A stretch of 64,000 nt of DNA from Tubiluchus corallicola (Eukaryota; Animalia; Priapulida), in contig JAQGDQ010000281.1 of the NCBI GenBank assembly GCA_030141605.1, forward strand, positions 239,465 through 303,464, read 5' to 3'. Both the position numbers and the translations under genes were made by a program. Below the pieces are notes generated by a model. That model did not search any database. It had not been told where the DNA came from and saw only the letters and a list, made by a program, of their open reading frames with translations. Below, one piece after another: positions 16,992 to 31,100 of this stretch. Position 1 is the first letter of the stretch. Each line of letters starts with the position of its first letter.

Positions 16992-19900
16992 ATATATATA
17001 TATTTTATGTGCATTTATTGCACATAAAAATTGGCGAAGAACATCTGAAGCCATATATTTGTTTCATAACAGGTAAGAAGTTGTGTGAAATGAAGCCTAT
17101 ATGAAACCAATTCCTAGAACATCAGCTTGAAGACATGTTTGAGACCATTTACAGAGACACGTGAAAACGTACAAGACTTTGAGAACAAGCATTATGTAAA
17201 CGTCTGAAGCATGTGCTTACGAAATCTTATGATGAACTGTAATGAGGTGTGTGAAGACGCTTACGAAAAGGTTTTAAGAGCCGCGTGGAATACTTATGAA
17301 ACCGTGTATTTTTGTGAGGATGTATACATTTTGGAGCTATAGGAACTATAGCACCTTTAGGGAAAGCCCAACACTGTTTGGTCTACGTGATGCATTGCTG
17401 AAACGTGAAACGTGAAAATGTTATAAAAGGTTTTGTATTTGCGGATGCATAAGTTTACTGTCTCAACGTCTGGTGTGGTTGGTGTCATTCTACAAAAATT
17501 CACCATGAACTAGGCTTGAGATCACGATAGCTGATCGCATTATCAGCATGTTATCTAATTATGATCACCAAAGGAACAAGCTAGCAAACATAAAATGCAA
17601 TAATAGTTAGAGCCTCTTCTAACCATAAAAGTATTGGGCGTTGAAAGAGCCAGACATGTCTTCAAAAACGTATTACGATAACTCGTTTTGGCTAAGATAG
17701 ATCAGAACCTTTTAAATTTTTTATTTGCAGCACAACTAGGTTATGCTGTCATAGAAATTGCTGACTATTTGGTTTGTCATTATTTCGGAAAATGTGGAAG
17801 CCATGAAAACGCGGCTTGAAAGGTAAACGACATGAAAGCTTGTAAATGCGTTGTTAAGATATCATAAATACATAAATTAGCTGATATGCGAATTTGAGTA
17901 AAGCTTTACTATTTTTAGAGTCTCGTTTATAACCACTGCTTTGAATCAAAGTAAGTTGATTTTGGCTTATCAATCACCATATCCATTCTTTTAATAAGTA
18001 TGTTGATATAAGGTTTTGTTTGCCTACCTAGCTCCATGTCGGCATGCATAGCTGCTTGGTTAGTTACTTGTGTAAGCATACCCATCTGTCTGCTCAGTGC
18101 TCATCTACTTTTATATAAGGCAATTGTGACTTATTCGACTTATTGCGTAAAAGAGACAATATTCATTTTTAGCACAGTTTTTGGTTTTGATAAATGTTCT
18201 AGGGCCTGCGTGCATATCATATCTTGTGCAGAGTAGGTACCAAAGTAAAATTAGCACTTTCATATTTTTGCTAACTAAAGTCTCCATTCAAGAATAGAAA
18301 AGTAATGACATAATGATAAATTAGTCAGACGGTCAAACTTCAACGTGGATGAGGCCCAAACTGTAGTTGTTAATCAGATCTCTGTATTTTACATTGCCGC
18401 TTGTTTATTGTTTTAATTATTGTTTGTATGTAATTTCTTTTTTGTGTTTAGCGAACTTGCAAATTTGTGTATTTTGTATCACGAGGTTGTAGGGTGCAAC
18501 TGAGAAACCTGTTTTGTCGTCTTAAACATTTAGTAATAATTCAATGGTGTAATAATAATGTAAAGACAGTACTTTGTCTAGACTATAGTGCAGCAAAATT
18601 CAAAATCGAAAATAGGGTGCAAATCAGTACTCGAATTGTAAAATTTTAATAAGGCATATTGTATAATGCAGAGCCCGGCAATCGAGTTTAGAGGGTCTGG
18701 GGAGTGCTGTGCATTTTAGTGCATTTGAAAGCATTTTAGATCCACATGGAAGCACCCTTAGATACTTAGATATTTTTACTTATTTTATTCTTATTCTGAT
18801 TACAATTTCTTGGTCAAGAAATATAATAACCCTTTGTTATACTAACCTAAAAATTTTAAATTCTGACAAGAGCTTGTCTTTGTGAGTAACTCATTTACCA
18901 TTTTCGTTTCGTAGCCAATTTGTAACTTCTTTCCTTACTGCCCTGCAACTGTTACGTGTATCGTCGATATACAGGGAATGCGCGCACCCTGAACTCCATC
19001 ATTGGGTACTAATTGCACTGAACTTTTCAGGATTTTTCGCATTTGTTACATTTCTCTAGCCATTTTTCTTGTAGTGAAAGAACTTGCTGCAAAAGTATAA
19101 TCACTTGTACAGTTGTATTTCTTGTGCTATTTGTCATTATACATGACGTAAATGAGCCCACGACGTGTCACTAGCGCATTAATATTGATATCAGTGGCTC
19201 CCAAAGGATGGGCGTTACATACATTGTGACAATAAGCCATTGGGCATTAAACGGAGAATCTGTAAAATTAGTTTTCGAACATTGCATGTGATATAAATCG
19301 GCTGCGTGTTGCAAAGGATATCAGCAAAAGATGGCGGTGGTGGTCGTCGTGATGGTGGTGGTGGCGGCGGTGATAGTAGTAGTAGTAGTAGTAGTAGTAT
19401 TGAGTATCAATGAAGCATTTGGGTATTTTTTCTTGCTAAAATCTACTTATTAAAAAATCAGCTTATACCCCTGGTAGCATTATATTTCCTCATTACTGTG
19501 GAAACTTTGCCCTTCAAGACAGCTATATGTAGCTATTATGTGGCAAGGAAATACTAGACACCAGCCGTCAAATACTATCTCCAAATAACTAGATATTATT
19601 ACGAGGGAACAATGAGCTATATATACTGTGAAATAACTCTGTAATGCAGTATCACCCGTCTACCATAGTTGTGTTACAATTCTTCCTTAATTTCATTTAT
19701 TAAAGAAATTTTTCAATGTTGTTTTAGTTATTACTGCTGCAGTGTTGACTTAATAATGACTTAATAGTAGATTCTTCCATTTCTTCTTTGTCTTCTGCTC
19801 CTTTTATCTACCAGAATCTAAAATTTCTAATTTGTTTTGATTTATTTAACAATTACTTATTAGTATTTTCTGTCACTACTTATTGGTGCACGAATTAGAA

Positions 19901-22082
19901 AAAGACAATAAGCCTCAATTAATAGTCCATAAACTACTAGATGACAAGGCGCTAATCTTCATTTATATTGCTGGACCAGATAATTGCACTGTATCACTTT
20001 CAACAGTTTTATCAAGAGACACTCAAAACAGTTTCGTGATTACTGACAAAAGTGTAAATGCGATGTTCAAATGTTGTCTCGGCGGCTTAATTCAAGAAGC
20101 TTATTCTAAATTCGTGCAAAATTTACGCAATCGATTGTAATGCCGTTTTGAACTTACGAAGGTAGTCATCAGGCTTCTTTGATTACTTGTGTCTTCAAAT
20201 GTTTTTGTAAGTCCTGCATTGCGTCACAGAATCCCAGATACGGGCGGCTTCATGAAGGTGGTTTAAGAAACCGCAGTCATTCAAAGTTTCGATGTTTGAT
20301 TGTGTAGCTAGTACGGTTACATTTTTAGCGAATGGTGCCTGGGTTGTATAATTATTTTGATCTTTGCACAAAGATTACGTGAGATCAAGATGTAATCCTG
20401 CCTCAAAGCAACTTGGCCGATTGGTTTTACTGAAATCAAAATTCAGTTGAGACAAAAACTGCATGAACAAACAGCGAATCAACTGATAAGTGTGAGATTT
20501 TCTGTCATTTGTCAGGCAGAGCAAGATTTTCGCTTTTGTCCACAGAGATTACTCTGATTCACGTCATTTTTCACAGTGTTTGTGGTTATCGATGTCGCTC
20601 TTATTTGGCTCCTTGTTGTCGTTGTCGACTACGTCATCATCGTCATCGTCATCATCATCATCATCGACAGTGCTGCCTCACCAGTTCATCACAGAGCAGC
20701 AAAATAGCGGCAACAGCAACAGCTTTGAGTAACAACAGTGCTACAACGTTCATGGTTGTCACGAGTGCTAAAAACTACTTTTCTCAGCACTAGTCTTGTG
20801 ATTGTTATCGTTAGTTAACATTGTAAATTCATAAATGAAAGATTCTTACGCGTTGATGACTATGAATTTATACTATACTGACTGTTTAACGAATTATTAC
20901 AGTTACCGCCAAAGAATAGAGAATACGTTTTCGTTTGATGCCCTTTTCGTTTAAACAGGTTTTTAACTTTTAAAACCTGTTTTTTCAGTTTTCAGAACAA
21001 TTAGCACGGCGCACATAAGTTATTTCAGAATGTACAAGCAGCTGATAGAAAATCATCAAAAAAAAAAACTTCGTAGAATGGGGTTACTTGACTACATAAG
21101 ACAGCAGGATTACATAAGACAAAATTGGAGATAACGTTAAAAGTTACTCACAGTTCTGACTCATAAAATTCCTGCTGATTCAATATAACTTGCTGAGATA
21201 AAGCAGATTTAAAATATTGATGCTCGTGCGCCGACATTACAAATAACAGAAAAGAAAAAGAAATCAACTAATAGCTGTGGTTGACGATTCTTTTACAAAA
21301 CGGAAGCCTCCTTTTAGCCTTTATTCTTTTACTTTTAGAGACATCATTGCAGAAGTTAATCTGTGGATGCTGCTCTTATCAAAAAACCGGATGAGAAATT
21401 TCTTCTAATGAAGAGAATCTGCTGGGGTAACGGAAACCGAACTTGGTGTACACATCACTGGTGTATTTTTTTGTATTTTTATCTGTACTCTTGATTTCGA
21501 GCAGAACACAATATATATCATGGCGGGGGCTTTGGGTGCTTATGGTCTACTGTGCAGATCCAAAAACTTTTGACAGGAATCAAAAGCCAAAATGTGCAGC
21601 CATTAAACATGAACCTATTAGTTACTTGACAGCTTGTGAAAAATGAGTTGAATCATATCGGTACCCCAAAGGAAAGACCACAAAAGAAGAGCACATACAC
21701 CAATTGCCACGTAGCAATTTATGTTCTCATGGGCTTTGCGTTGTTATGTTATGACAGGTTTGTTTTTAGCGACACACAATTACTGTCGTTGTACCAAATT
21801 TGTTTTTGGTGTTTTAGTAACATGCAGTTCTGTCTTTATAAAAAACTATTTGTGATTTGTTAGCAAACAGCAGCCAAAATCTCCAAATTACATACATAAA
21901 ATTGTCAACAAAGGAAGACTGATGAATATGTTTCTTTTATCACATTCTTAATCCTCATCGTCGTGACGTTACTGTCTCTTATTTCATACACGTTTCCTTC
22001 ATATATCTCTACCCTTTCACACGTTTCTTTTTTCTTTACTTTCTTCTCTCTTTTCCGTCTCTTTTCTCTCTCTCACCCTCAT

Positions 22083-22175
<93 letters not shown>

Positions 22176-25100
22176 TTCTTCGTTTTCTTCGTTTTCCAGC
22201 ACTTCCATTAAAGCCTTAGTTAGCAAACAGAAAAATCTATAGCGGATTTCCTGTGTCCCTCAACACCAGGCAGAACGGAAATTAAAATTAATCAATTATT
22301 TTGAACTTGGGTCTCCGAGGCCTTTGAAGTTTTACCAGAATGATTTGGGGTAACTAATTACATGAAATGCTGCTGGAGAGTTTCCGAATAGGAGTGCGTT
22401 TACATTCATCTGGTTCGTTGACAACAATGATTACTTACAACTCTACACTAACCCATAAATTTCGCAAAAGCATTATAGCAGTATAACGTACGACTATTTG
22501 TTTGGTTGTCCGTTTCCTTGTCCCAGCCTGCTTAATGTGGCACATAATATGGTAGTTCGCCGCTCAGAAATAGAACACAGTAGAAAATCTGTAGAACCAA
22601 AGGAACATGCTTGGAATCTTGCAGAAATGTTAAAAAACTAAGGATTAGACAATTGTGTAACATAGCAGGCACTGCACAGAAAGGTTTCCAAATCTCAACT
22701 ACATAAACTGAGAACGTGTACTTAGTGGGAACCTCTTTGCTACTGTTGCACATTTGTTGGTTGGCTGCTCTTGTAATCGACGCAGTACATTCTTATGCTA
22801 TAATGTTATTTTGGCAAAGGCGTATTCTATCTGCACAGCGGAGAAGCAGCCAAATGGCAGTTGCCCAGTTCAGAAATTTGCAGCTATGTAGAATACTTCG
22901 AATATTTTGGGTGTGTAGTAGTATTTGGGTGTAAAAGCAACGGCGACTAAAGCCACATTAGAATAGCCATTGCGGTCAATTTGACCTTTCGCGATAATTA
23001 AATATTTTTCATAAAAACAAATTTGAGTTCTCCGGCTTGCTAGCTGGTGACTTTTAATGATTTTAGTATCATATAGTTATTACACAATTTGGACCACATT
23101 CATGTTTACTCAGCCAAAATTTTACACCTAGAACTGCCAACGCGGTCAAATTGAACTTTAAAAATTTTTGTTTCATTAGGATGACCATGCCACTCTTACT
23201 CTCAATACTCAATTCAGGTAATTCTGACAAAAAACATTAATAACAACCATGCGTAATCAGACTAGGCCTGCATTACGAGTGTTTTAGTATGAGCATTGAG
23301 TAGGTTATCGGCTATAATTAATGGCTAGTATTGATCAAAGAAAAAGTAAATGCAGAAACATTTCGGAAAACTGCTGCAGAATCTTTCAGTGAAAAGCCCC
23401 ATGAAAAAGATTGCTGTCTCGATGACCTGTTTAACCTGTTTTTAAACCAATTTTTACTTTTGCGACGGGTCTAGAAATGACTCTGCGTCCGGCGGTCTGA
23501 GTGTTAATGAAAAGGGTAAACCACTTACAAGTAACTGGTTAGTAATTGGCGTTGTAGAGGCGACTGGTAGCTGACTTACGTGACGCAGGTGCATCTGGGG
23601 CCAGAAAAAATAAAACTGCTAGGAAAATGTCAATCTAGTTCTGGTTCTTACACTACGAACTGATAGCAGAATTAGCACTAATAATTCTGAAAATAATTGA
23701 GAGTTAATTACAGAAAGAACACACTAGCTACCCTGCTTCGATCATTTTAGAAAAATTGTAGACCGGATAGCCGAGAAACAGTAATGATATTGACATGACG
23801 ACGACAAGGATGATGATGTTGATGATGAAGAAGAATAAATAGAAAAATATGATGATGATGGTAATGAAGATTGTGACGACGGTGATGACGATGATACTGA
23901 CGATGATGCTAATATATATCACATTTATTCACATTTTGTTCACACATAATGTTGCAATAATAGGGTAAGTAGTGCTATTTACATAGGCATGTTTATTATG
24001 TTGTTAATAGCGATAAAACATTTCATTTATATCTTTAACTGCGAAACCTTCAATTACATATTTATTATGCAAAGCCCATAATATAATGTAGGTTATTATG
24101 TAAACAGGTTTATAACTTTAAGTACAGTAGTGGTAAATGTATACCCTAATACGGTTTCTGCCTAGAATGCTTATACTAGTGTTGCTATTTAACATAGCCA
24201 ATGAGCAGCGTACTGAATTAACAGGCACATTTATGTTGTAATAGAGCTTTAAAATGCGCTTATGGAAAAGCATATCTAGAGGTACGTATCAGCAATACAC
24301 AATGTCATGCTGGACAAAAGATGGTGTGAAAAAAGAATGCTGTTCTATCAGTCATTTTCTGCTCTTTTTCAACTGTATAAAACGTTATAAAGCAATTTAG
24401 GCTTGTGCCGTTTTATGGTAAATTTTATCACGCCGGAATTGTCAACATTGTTCCTCTGTGAGAACGGCATATTAAATCAGCTGATCATTAATTTATTCCC
24501 CTTATTAAACTGGCGGTGGTCTTTGATGCGTGTGCTGAAAAATCATTAAAGCTGCTAATCTGACACTCAAATTGTGACCACTGAAACTTTTTCGACTCAA
24601 AAGCGATTATGTCAGTACATGCAGAATTATATTTCAAGGACCCATATTTCAATTTAAATCCGTAACGTCATTGTTGAGCTCAAGGAGGCAGGCAATAGCA
24701 TACAAATGCACATAATGTCTAGTTTGAAGCCAGTTGTGCTTTTATTACCCAAGGAGTGTCATCACAGGACTACTCCATCGTCATTTCCGGACAAAGCACG
24801 CCTCCCTGGTTAAGCCTCACAAGCTCTTGCTAACCGACAGCCGCTACCGTACAGAATAACTATAAACATACCGGAAAAACACGATTTGTCACTTGTTCCA
24901 GAAAATTCAAAATGTATCGCTGTTATACTTACCTGACTATACCTGTCTTACCTGACTACAAGAAATAAAAGTATTTGATAATTTTGATCAAAGATATGTG
25001 CGTGATATAAAGATGTTACGTGAAAGATTTAAACAGTGTTACCTGATAACCATGCTGATCCTCAATGAAAAAGTTTACCGCCTCAGGAACTTGTTGAAAA

Positions 25101-28100
25101 AGTAAAATTATAGATACTTTTAATTACATCTGCAATAAAATAAATTATTTTTCCGTGTCTTGTTCTCAAAGTTCAGTAAGAAAATTAAAATTTTGTTGTG
25201 CAACCTGATAACATCAATGAAAATCTTGCTTAATGGTAAATCAAATCTGAATTTTAGCTACTGAGATATTTGAGTTATATGTACTTATCGGTACAAAAAT
25301 ACTTGCAAAATACTTATGACTGAGCTAATCTGAAAGACTCAAGAAAGCACTAACACGTAAGCTGCCCTCGCTAAACTTTGTGAATATAATAACATAGAGG
25401 TCCTACCAACTATAAATTTTAATAAATGCTGTTTTGTCCTGTATAGTAGCATAGTATTATATACTATACAGAACAAAACAGCATGGTTAACCTCCTGGTG
25501 TACACGTGCAGAGCAGAAGCCGGTATAATAATCTATATTGTTGCTTGTAGAATAACGCCAAATTTCAAATTTGAAAAAAATAGAAATCTAACTACCTTGG
25601 AGAAAACAGGATGGTTTTTGTTAACTTTTAAAGGGTTCAGTTTTCGTGAAGTCTTCTACATGTCTGATCTATCGCTAACATTACAATCCTTTTTGTCTAA
25701 AATAAAAATAATCTAATCATGTATACACAGTTTACACACACTTTTGCGGTATATTTGGTATGCTTAAGTATATTGGGCAAGCGCATTTATCGTACAGTTT
25801 TTGAGTAAATTTCTGATGTAGTGGAGTAGCCAGTTAAAGTCCAGCTGGTGGATTGACCTTTCTGGATCCCTCTTACGACTGCGTGGGACAATTTTGAGGG
25901 GTCACAAACATAGTGCTGTCCGAACAAAATTAGGCATTATTTGTTGTACATGTATTATACACCAGTAAAAAATCAAATAAAAGCAATATCATTAACAAAC
26001 CATTATTACGCCTTCAGTTGAGCTTGAACTTCGCATTCCGGATTTTATAAAAGTCATATTGACATTGTTTTGAAACAAAATTTGTTAGAAACCGTTGTAT
26101 AATAATATTAATAGGTACTACACACTGATGAATAATTTTAAAATTAATAAATGGTGCTCGTTAATGAATTAAATTAATTATTTTTCTCGGTCTCAGGATT
26201 GTCAGGTGCGCTTTCATATTGTTACTTTAACCCCGAAACTTTATTGTTATGAATTAGAATAATATCATTTTAGGCACAGAAGTTACACAAATTTACGAAG
26301 ATGCGCCCGTCTAAAGAAGAAAATCTATCAGTATTACTGCCTTGCTCAACATGAGTTATTGCCATATTTAAATTTTATCTCACGTAATTTCCTTGCATTT
26401 GCCTAAGAATAAATAGCAGGGATATAATCATATAATCCGAAGAGAATTTGGTTGCGCGGCAGGGCATATATTATTTTAATAAAATGACATTGATTGATAC
26501 TATGCAACTGTCAAGAACTTTTAATAAAGAATTGGAATTAACCGTGACGAGGTCGAAAGCTGATTAACTGACAATTATATTGTTGCGAACACATTATCAT
26601 CGCACACTTTCTGACTTGCTTCAAAGTTTTGAGGGAATTTTACAGGGCTTCACTGTATTTATGTGTATTCCAGCAGCTCCACACATCTTTCGCCAGCTCC
26701 TCCTTAGTGGCTTCCTGAAGTTTACACAACATCCATTAGACTTTATACGTCTTCACACATCCCAGGACCGGATTAACCCATAAGCAGATTAAGCACGTGA
26801 TCAGGGCTCCAAGGCTCAGGGGGCACCAAACTCGCAAAAAAATTAAAAAACAGGTAAAATTTTAATAAAGTATGTTAAGGACCATAAAAGTTTTTCACAG
26901 TTTAAAATGTGAGGAAGAGAGAACGAGGCACTTTGCTAGGTTGTTTTTCATATCATTACATAGCACGATAGTAGGGTCTTCACCTTTTATCACTATGTTT
27001 TACCTACTGTCATGGCAAGTTGGTAACCACAACATCTGCATCAGCCATTAGCTAAGGTCCTGGAGCAGGAAGTTTTACGATCAATGGCTGATTTTAACTG
27101 ACTGCAGTGGGGTCATTTTGCTATTGCGATCATAACTTCTTTTTTTGTCTTATTTAATTAAATTTCATTTTGAAGTCAGAATTTAAGAGCTATGAATCTT
27201 ATACAGTGCAATGGAGTGTGTTTTATATGTTACATATAATTAGTATCAGATAATACGTATGTTTTGAGCTGCGCAGACAGCCGGGGCACCAGGTGCTGGC
27301 TGTGCTTAAGGCACCAACACACCTTAATCCGGCCCTGACACATCCCATAGCTCCAGATGATCAAAAGCATTGCAAGGTTTGCTGTGAAGATGTGTTTGTG
27401 TGAGGTTATCTGCAGCAAAATCACAGGAAGACGTTTGAAAGCGAAAAAAAAAGAAAATTAAGAAGATACGTAAAGTCACGAAAAAAGTTCCGCGGAGCCG
27501 CAGAAAGACGTGTCAAATCGTAGAAAAGTCTGCGGAATATTAAAAAAAATACGAAGAGCTACAAAAAGTGTGACATTATGGAATGCCGTGCAAAAAGTTC
27601 GAAGGCTAGGAAGAAGATCAAATGTTACATAACATTGCATTGCTTTGCATTTCATCACATTACATTGTACTCTACTACATTATATTACATTATTTCATAT
27701 ATAGAGTGTGTTAAAAGTTACTGTACACTTTAACTTTTAAGTTTCTTTTAAAACTTTTCTCCAATCTCGACAAGCTATGATATGAAACAAAAGTTTTGAA
27801 AATTATTTTTTTAATTATTTAAATTTTGTTTGGGGCTCCGTTAAGGTGGCAACGGTAGTAACACTAGAAATGAGGTGCAAAATTTCAACTTGGCAAGAGT
27901 TCCATCCTAACTTAAGAGCAGCAGAGATTCAGAACAGCATATAGACCGCACCATGCTCGCACTATTTGTAATGTAGTTTTTCAACAAGATTTACCTTCCC
28001 TAACTGCTCACGACCTGCGAGAGACTGTCTCAAAGCAAGATACGCGACGTGTCAACAGACTGTTTTCTGTGACTCATCATTTTTTCCCAAGGCTTTATCA

Positions 28101-31100
28101 GGCAAAAATATGCAAAAAGACTAAGACACTTATTGTAATTCGGCATAGCAATTAGATAGTGTTGCGCAATTACTTAAGCAGAAATGTTTACTGATCTTGT
28201 AAGTGCATGTGTTAAAGGACAAGAAAAGGGGTACCTAAAGTGAGTTACAGAAAAATCGCCTTAAGAAATTGTATTACTTTTAAGCAATTTTATGCGCATA
28301 TCGTGCTCGCGTTGAAAGGATTTTTTTGTTTGTTTTCATTTTACATTTTAAAATTCCCGCGACACTGTTTTGACGGCACCATTATATGACGTCACTTACG
28401 CAAACGTAAATCAGAGGAAGAAAAGTACATGTCAAAAAGTCTACGTCCCAAAAAGCTTTCTATGCAAACTTATATTGCTTAGCATTTTATTTACCTGCTT
28501 GAAAGATTTATGTAACTAGAAAATGAAATTATTAATTATTTAAAATGCTTTCACCAACAGGTAAAATGTCGCTCCCTTCAGGGTGCACCACTCACTAACC
28601 AAAAACGTATTTTTAATCTTATTGACAAGATACAGTAATTTCAAATTTTACTTAGTTGGTGACGTATGAGCTACGAATGCTCTGATTATTTTTCGAAACT
28701 TTACAGAATGTTATTTAAATTTGTTTCGAATGACTTATCCTCAAAATGGTGAGTCTAATGGTCGTCACGGGAGTTCAAATTTACATGTTTTAGTATATCT
28801 GAACGTATCTTCAAATATTTTGCTTAGTTTGTTAAAAAATATAAAGACTAAAATTTGTATAGTGACTTCTGAGACACCCTGTATATCCGAATATACAATT
28901 TTTCGTTTAATGGCATTACAGCACATGGCATGTTATGTTTAATGCCTCATAATAGCCAAGTTAAGCCAAGTTATTTAACGCTATAGAACGCACTTGAAGT
29001 ATTATAACGCTGCATTTCGTTATAGTGGTGTAACATTGACCCATTATGACACTGTTACGTAGCGTTTTTATAGGTAAACTCACTACTCGGTCTCCTCGCT
29101 CAGGCCAATGATTATTCTAAACGCATGATGTTCTAGCTAAGCGAATGAAATTGGTGAAGCAATTCAAAATCTGCATAATATTATAGACTGATAATATTGC
29201 ATCAACGCTAATAATGTTATACAATCTCACTGCAACATCGCTTACTGAGTTATTAGACAACCGTTTCTTGTCCTTTGCATCTTAATTTTAACTCTGTTAC
29301 ATTGTGGAACGATTAATTGAGCGTAAAAATGGGCCGGCAAGATGATAACGCGCTCCTATCAAATTTATCCTGTATTTTTCAAACAATTTCATTTCTCAGT
29401 CGTGACGTTAAGGGACAATTTTGTTTAGCGTGGCGGTAATAAAGAATATTTAAGTTGAATTTATTATGCTGAAATTACTGTAATTATAGTCATGAACTTA
29501 GACGTAAAGTTCAGCTTTGAGATTCGTTATTGGGTAGTTAGGCACGCGACAAACTTTGCGAGATGAGTTAAGGTCTTCTTGTGGTTGTTGTAGCAGATAT
29601 TGATATTGCATTTGCCTTTGCTGTTGAGCCGCTGTAGGTAACGATGTTGGTGCTACCCTGATGCTATAGTTCTTCTTTTTGGAGTTAATGCTGTTGCTGC
29701 CGTCGTTGTCGTTATCGTTGTCGTGTTGTTGTTGACATTGCTGTTGCCGCTGCTGCTGTTGTTACTGTTGCTTTTGTAGTTTTGTTGTTGTCGCTGTTGT
29801 TGCCATTGCTGTTCTTGCTGCCAGCTGCTTGTTATCACTATGTTGCTGCTGTTGTTGCTGTTATTGCTGCTGCTGCTGCTGTTGCTGTTGCTGTTGTAGT
29901 GTTGACATCGTCGCTGTTGTCGGTGCTGCAGCCAATTGATTATCACAGGGCCTAGTCGTTGTCATTGTCATTATCAACGCTGTCCTCATCTTGTTGTTTC
30001 TGGTATCACTGCTGTAGCAATTCCTGTTGATAATGACAACGACGACGACGGCGATGATGAGGACGACGACTATGATGACGGCGATGAAGATTAATGAAGA
30101 CAAGAAATGGAAAAAGGGAAATCGCGTTGATAGTAAAATTGAATACCGAAAAATCGTTACATTATATTACACCAGCATGCGTGTTTCTCTACAGGGTGGT
30201 ACTGCTGTAGACCTACAAAAATTGAGCCCAACCAGGCGTGACCAGTCATGCTAGCGCCTCTTCACGCTAGGGCTTCTCACAACTTGGTTATACGCTTGCA
30301 TGTTGATGCTAATTAAAAACATTAGTTTCGTATTTACAGATATAGTTTTATGTTGCTCATGATAATAGCGTACGATAATTATAATAAATTGATGCACGAT
30401 GCATAAAGTACCCTATTTTACAACTTTATGCTTGCTTATTAGCATCAACGTTCCAGCTGCGTTTATCATTATGAAACTATTGTAAATCATCGTGTCGTAC
30501 TGGAGACTACAGAAGAAATGACATTTTCATCCCTCTTTTGCTACTTTTAAGCTAATTAGATAGAATGGCAAAGTACTATAGTAATGTCTTCATAGTGCAT
30601 GAATTGGTACCAATGTAATACACAGTCGGCAATCGGCGCCACGTCTTCCTGACTACGCCTCACAAACCCTTGCTCACTGACAGCAGCTGCTTTTTTAGAA
30701 TAATGGCGCGTTCAGACGTAGAGACTTCTCTCGCAATTTGTTGCGCAACTTCTCTCTGAGAGTAAAGTTGCAACGTGTGAATGGTTTGGCAACTTCTCTC
30801 GCAGCTTATTGCAACGTGTGAACGGCTTGGCAACTTCTCTCTGAGAGTTTGCGAGAGAAGTCTCTAAGTCAGAACGCGCCATAACTGTAGAATGGGAAAA
30901 AGATGAAAAGTGAGTGGCGTTTAGATATGATTTGTTACTTATTCCAGAAAACGTATCATTGTTTATGATTATTATAACTACCTGACTAGAAAAATTGTGC
31001 AGCAAATCATTGCAAACAGTATTTCAATAATTTAATTCAAGAATATGTGCATGATATCAAGGTTTTTATGTGAAAAATTAAACGCTGCAATCGGACGACC

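Noticed and set aside
24925-24935. U1 snRNA gene (ATACTTACCTG)
   Set aside because: Only the first 11 nt match and no U1 body follows; better read as a - strand donor site.
29653-30254. Poly-Q/S/T ORFs (also 33697-34265 and poly-N 34893-35075)
   Set aside because: Simple-repeat translations.
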